Below, in pieces: positions 61,191 through 64,000 of a stretch of 64,000 nt of DNA. The notes under the pieces are model-generated. The model searched no databases. It was given only the letters and a program-made list of their open reading frames with translations, and was not told the origin of the DNA. The position numbers and the translations under genes are program-made. Origin of the DNA: Malacoraja senta (Eukaryota). The first letter of the stretch is position 1. Each line of letters begins with the position of its first letter. The stretch covers positions 21,640,001 to 21,704,000 of the forward strand of contig CM075988.1 in assembly GCA_038087875.1 (NCBI GenBank). The letters run 5' to 3'.

Positions 61191-64000
61191 TTACGAGAAT
61201 GATCCCAGGTACGATTGGGTTAACATACGATGAGCGCTTGACGGCACTGGGCCTGTACTCGCTGGGGTTTAGAAGGATGAGGGAGTTAGCTTAACTTGGC
61301 ATTGTGATCACCATTGTGGGCCGAATGGCCTGCACCTGTGCTATACCGTTCTATGTTCTGTGGTGTTGGGGTTGTAAACAATGGGTCATGTTTTATACCT
61401 GCTGTAATCAGAGCGGGAATCCTGGGCGTGTAGGTCTGATGTTGGTTCATTTACCCAGCAGGTGTATTTTTGCAGAAAGGTTTGGCTACGTTTCCAGTCC
61501 TTTGTCAGGCGAGCAGCTAGTAATCCATGTTTTGTAACCACCTAAAACACCTGGCCCTTGGAAATGGGATGTGTGCTGTGCCAATTGAAATATGCAGTGC
61601 CAACAGATCGCTGGGGAAAATAACAAACATGATCAGAGAAGTATATCAAAATCACTTAATCTCTCAAGGAGATGTGACAGAGAATATTGAAGGGTTATAT
61701 GGACACAGAATCTGCTTTGGAAGAGCTACTGTGAAACCTTTTATAAATGTAAACAATAGAAATGAATAAGGTAGATAGAAAATTATCCGGTTCAATCAAT
61801 GGTTCAAGGGTTTTTTATTGTCACGTGGGCACAGCACCATGTTGCTGCATTTCAGCGCCATAAAAAACATGTTTCATCGAAAGAACTTATTTGAAATATT
61901 GCACAGTGCTCACGGTAATTTAGGATGGCACAGTGGTAGAGTTGCTGCCTCAGTGTCAAAGTCAAGGTTTGCTCCTGACCTCGGATGCTGCCGGTGTGGA
62001 GTTTGCATGTCCTCTCTGCGACCGTATGGGTTCCCGTGCGTGTTTGCAGGTTAATTGGCCCTCTGTAGGTTGCCCCTGGTGTGTAGCGAGTGGATGAGAA
62101 AGTGAGATAATGTGAGGTGGTGAATGTGTGGCATTCTTTGCCACAGAAGGCTGTGGAGGCAAAGTCAATGGATATATTTAAGGCAGAGATAGATAGATTC
62201 TTGATTAGTACGGGTGTCAGAGGTCATGGGGAGAAGGCAGGAGAATGGGGTTAGGAGGGGAGAGATAGACCAGCCATGGTTGAATGGCGGAGTAGACTTG
62301 ATGGGCTGAATGGCCCACGTCTGCTCCTATCTCTTATGATCTTAGGGACTCGTGTGGACTGGTTGGTGTGGACTCTGTGGTCTGTTGGTGTGGGAAGGAA
62401 CTGCAGGTGCTGGTTTACACCGAAGATAGACACAAAATGCTGGAGTAACTCAGCGGGACAGGCAGCATGTATGGAGAGAAGGAAAGGGTGACGTTTTGTG
62501 TCGAGGCCCTTGCACCAGTTTTAGTCATTTGCAAGATATTTCCTTCCTGCTGCACTGCTCACCAATGTTCTCTGTTACAGTACATGAAGATCTGAATCAT
62601 TAAACCTGCAATTCCAGTCACATAATCTCATTAGCCGCTTCCAATTACTTGTGGTATCCTTCTAGACATTACTTGTTTGAAGGTATTATTATAACCCTGA
62701 TACCTTAGACCTAAACGAGAGTTTAGAATTTACCCATAGAATTGGTTACGCAGTATTCTAATGGTGTTCTGTTCAACTTTTGATGGGAATTTATTTATTC
62801 TGCTGTTCGATATCGACAGGCCTGGGCACTGAACTGATGCACTGAAGCCAGGTGGGACAACACCAACTCAATTCTTCTGCAGAGTGACTTGGGTTGGCAG
62901 GTTTCTTAGTAAAAATACAACACAGATCACGAGGGGAATAGAAAAGGCTGACAGTCTTTTACCCAGAGTAGGGGAACCAAGAACCAGGCGACATGGGTTT
63001 GAGGTGAGAGGGGAAAGATTTAATAGGAACCTGAGGGGCAGCTTTTTCACACAGAGTGCGGTGGGTAAACGGAATGAGTTGTCAGAGGAGGTAGTCGAGG
63101 CAGGAGCTATAACAACATCGAAAAGACACTTGTACAGGTATATGGATACGAAAGATTTAGAAGCATAAGGGCCAAATGCAGGCATGTGGGGCTGGTGTAG
63201 ATGGGGCATCTTGGTCAACATGGGCATGTTGGGCTGAAGGGCCTGTTTCCATGCTGTACCACTCTATGACTCTTCCCCTCATCTCTGTACCATCACCAGC
63301 TTTAAATATTTATCTAACTCTTCTTAACTTGCAACGCTCCTTACACTTGTAGGAGCCTCATCTCAGTCCAATTATGGATTTAGGGACATCTAACTCTTTT
63401 TTCTACTTCCTTCCTTACTCAATTAATTTCTTGATCTCCCTTCACCTTGGTACAAGGGCTTTTTTTTTTTTTAATCTTTCACTATCTCCTATTCTCCTGT
63501 TAATATTTCATGACTGTGTATTTCTGACAAGCTTCCCTTGCAAGATCACCTTCACCAGAGCTGTTCTTTCCTTTGCTGATTACATATCTAAATTTAGCAG
63601 CCTAGATCGCGGTCCTTCCCCACAAACCCTGTGCAGTGGCTGCTCCAAGCTTCATACCCTCCACCGCTTGTACTCCTGCACCTTGGGACATGCCTGATGA
63701 TAGCATTCGCCAGCAGCCATCCCCTTGCACTGCACGGCCAACCGTGGCACAGCTGGTAGAGGCTGCCACCCAACGGTGCCAAAGACCCGGGTTTGCGCCT
63801 GACCTTGGGTGCTGTCTGTGTGGAGTTTGCAAAGGCAGCCAACATTCATCGGAGACCCACACCATCCGGGCCTCACACGTATTTGTTCAAGAAGGAACTG
63901 CAGATGCTGGAGAATCGAAGGTAGACAAAATTGCTGGAGAAACTCAGCGAGTGCGGCAGCATCTATGGAGCGAAGGAAATAGGCAACGTTTCGTCTCGAA

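Overview
This 64 kb window is repeat-dense vertebrate non-coding DNA (intronic or intergenic). The repeat content points to a cartilaginous fish (ray, skate or shark): tRNA-derived HE1-like V-SINEs with CR1-type tails, and many CR1 3' fragments. I could not support any host protein-coding exon; the recognisable protein-like ORFs are transposon fragments (CR1, L2, Rex1/Babar, L1/Tx1, Penelope GIY-YIG). The main result is ribozyme-bearing short retroelements. (1) Three 140-175 bp insertions from two sequence families (1076-1216; 6111-6286 and 49771-49946) have target-site duplications and (GAA)n tails. Each starts at, or within 4 nt of, a complete minimal HDV-like ribozyme fold, and the helices covary fully between the two families. 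(2) A very abundant Penelope terminal module carries a minimal hammerhead motif and often occurs as fold-back pairs. Also notable are a composite VNTR-containing element with a Rex1-like tail and swapped GAAA/UUCG tetraloops, a tail-swapped V-SINE subfamily, Harbinger-type MITEs, and two minisatellites. All structures were assigned by eye; none was computed or searched against databases.
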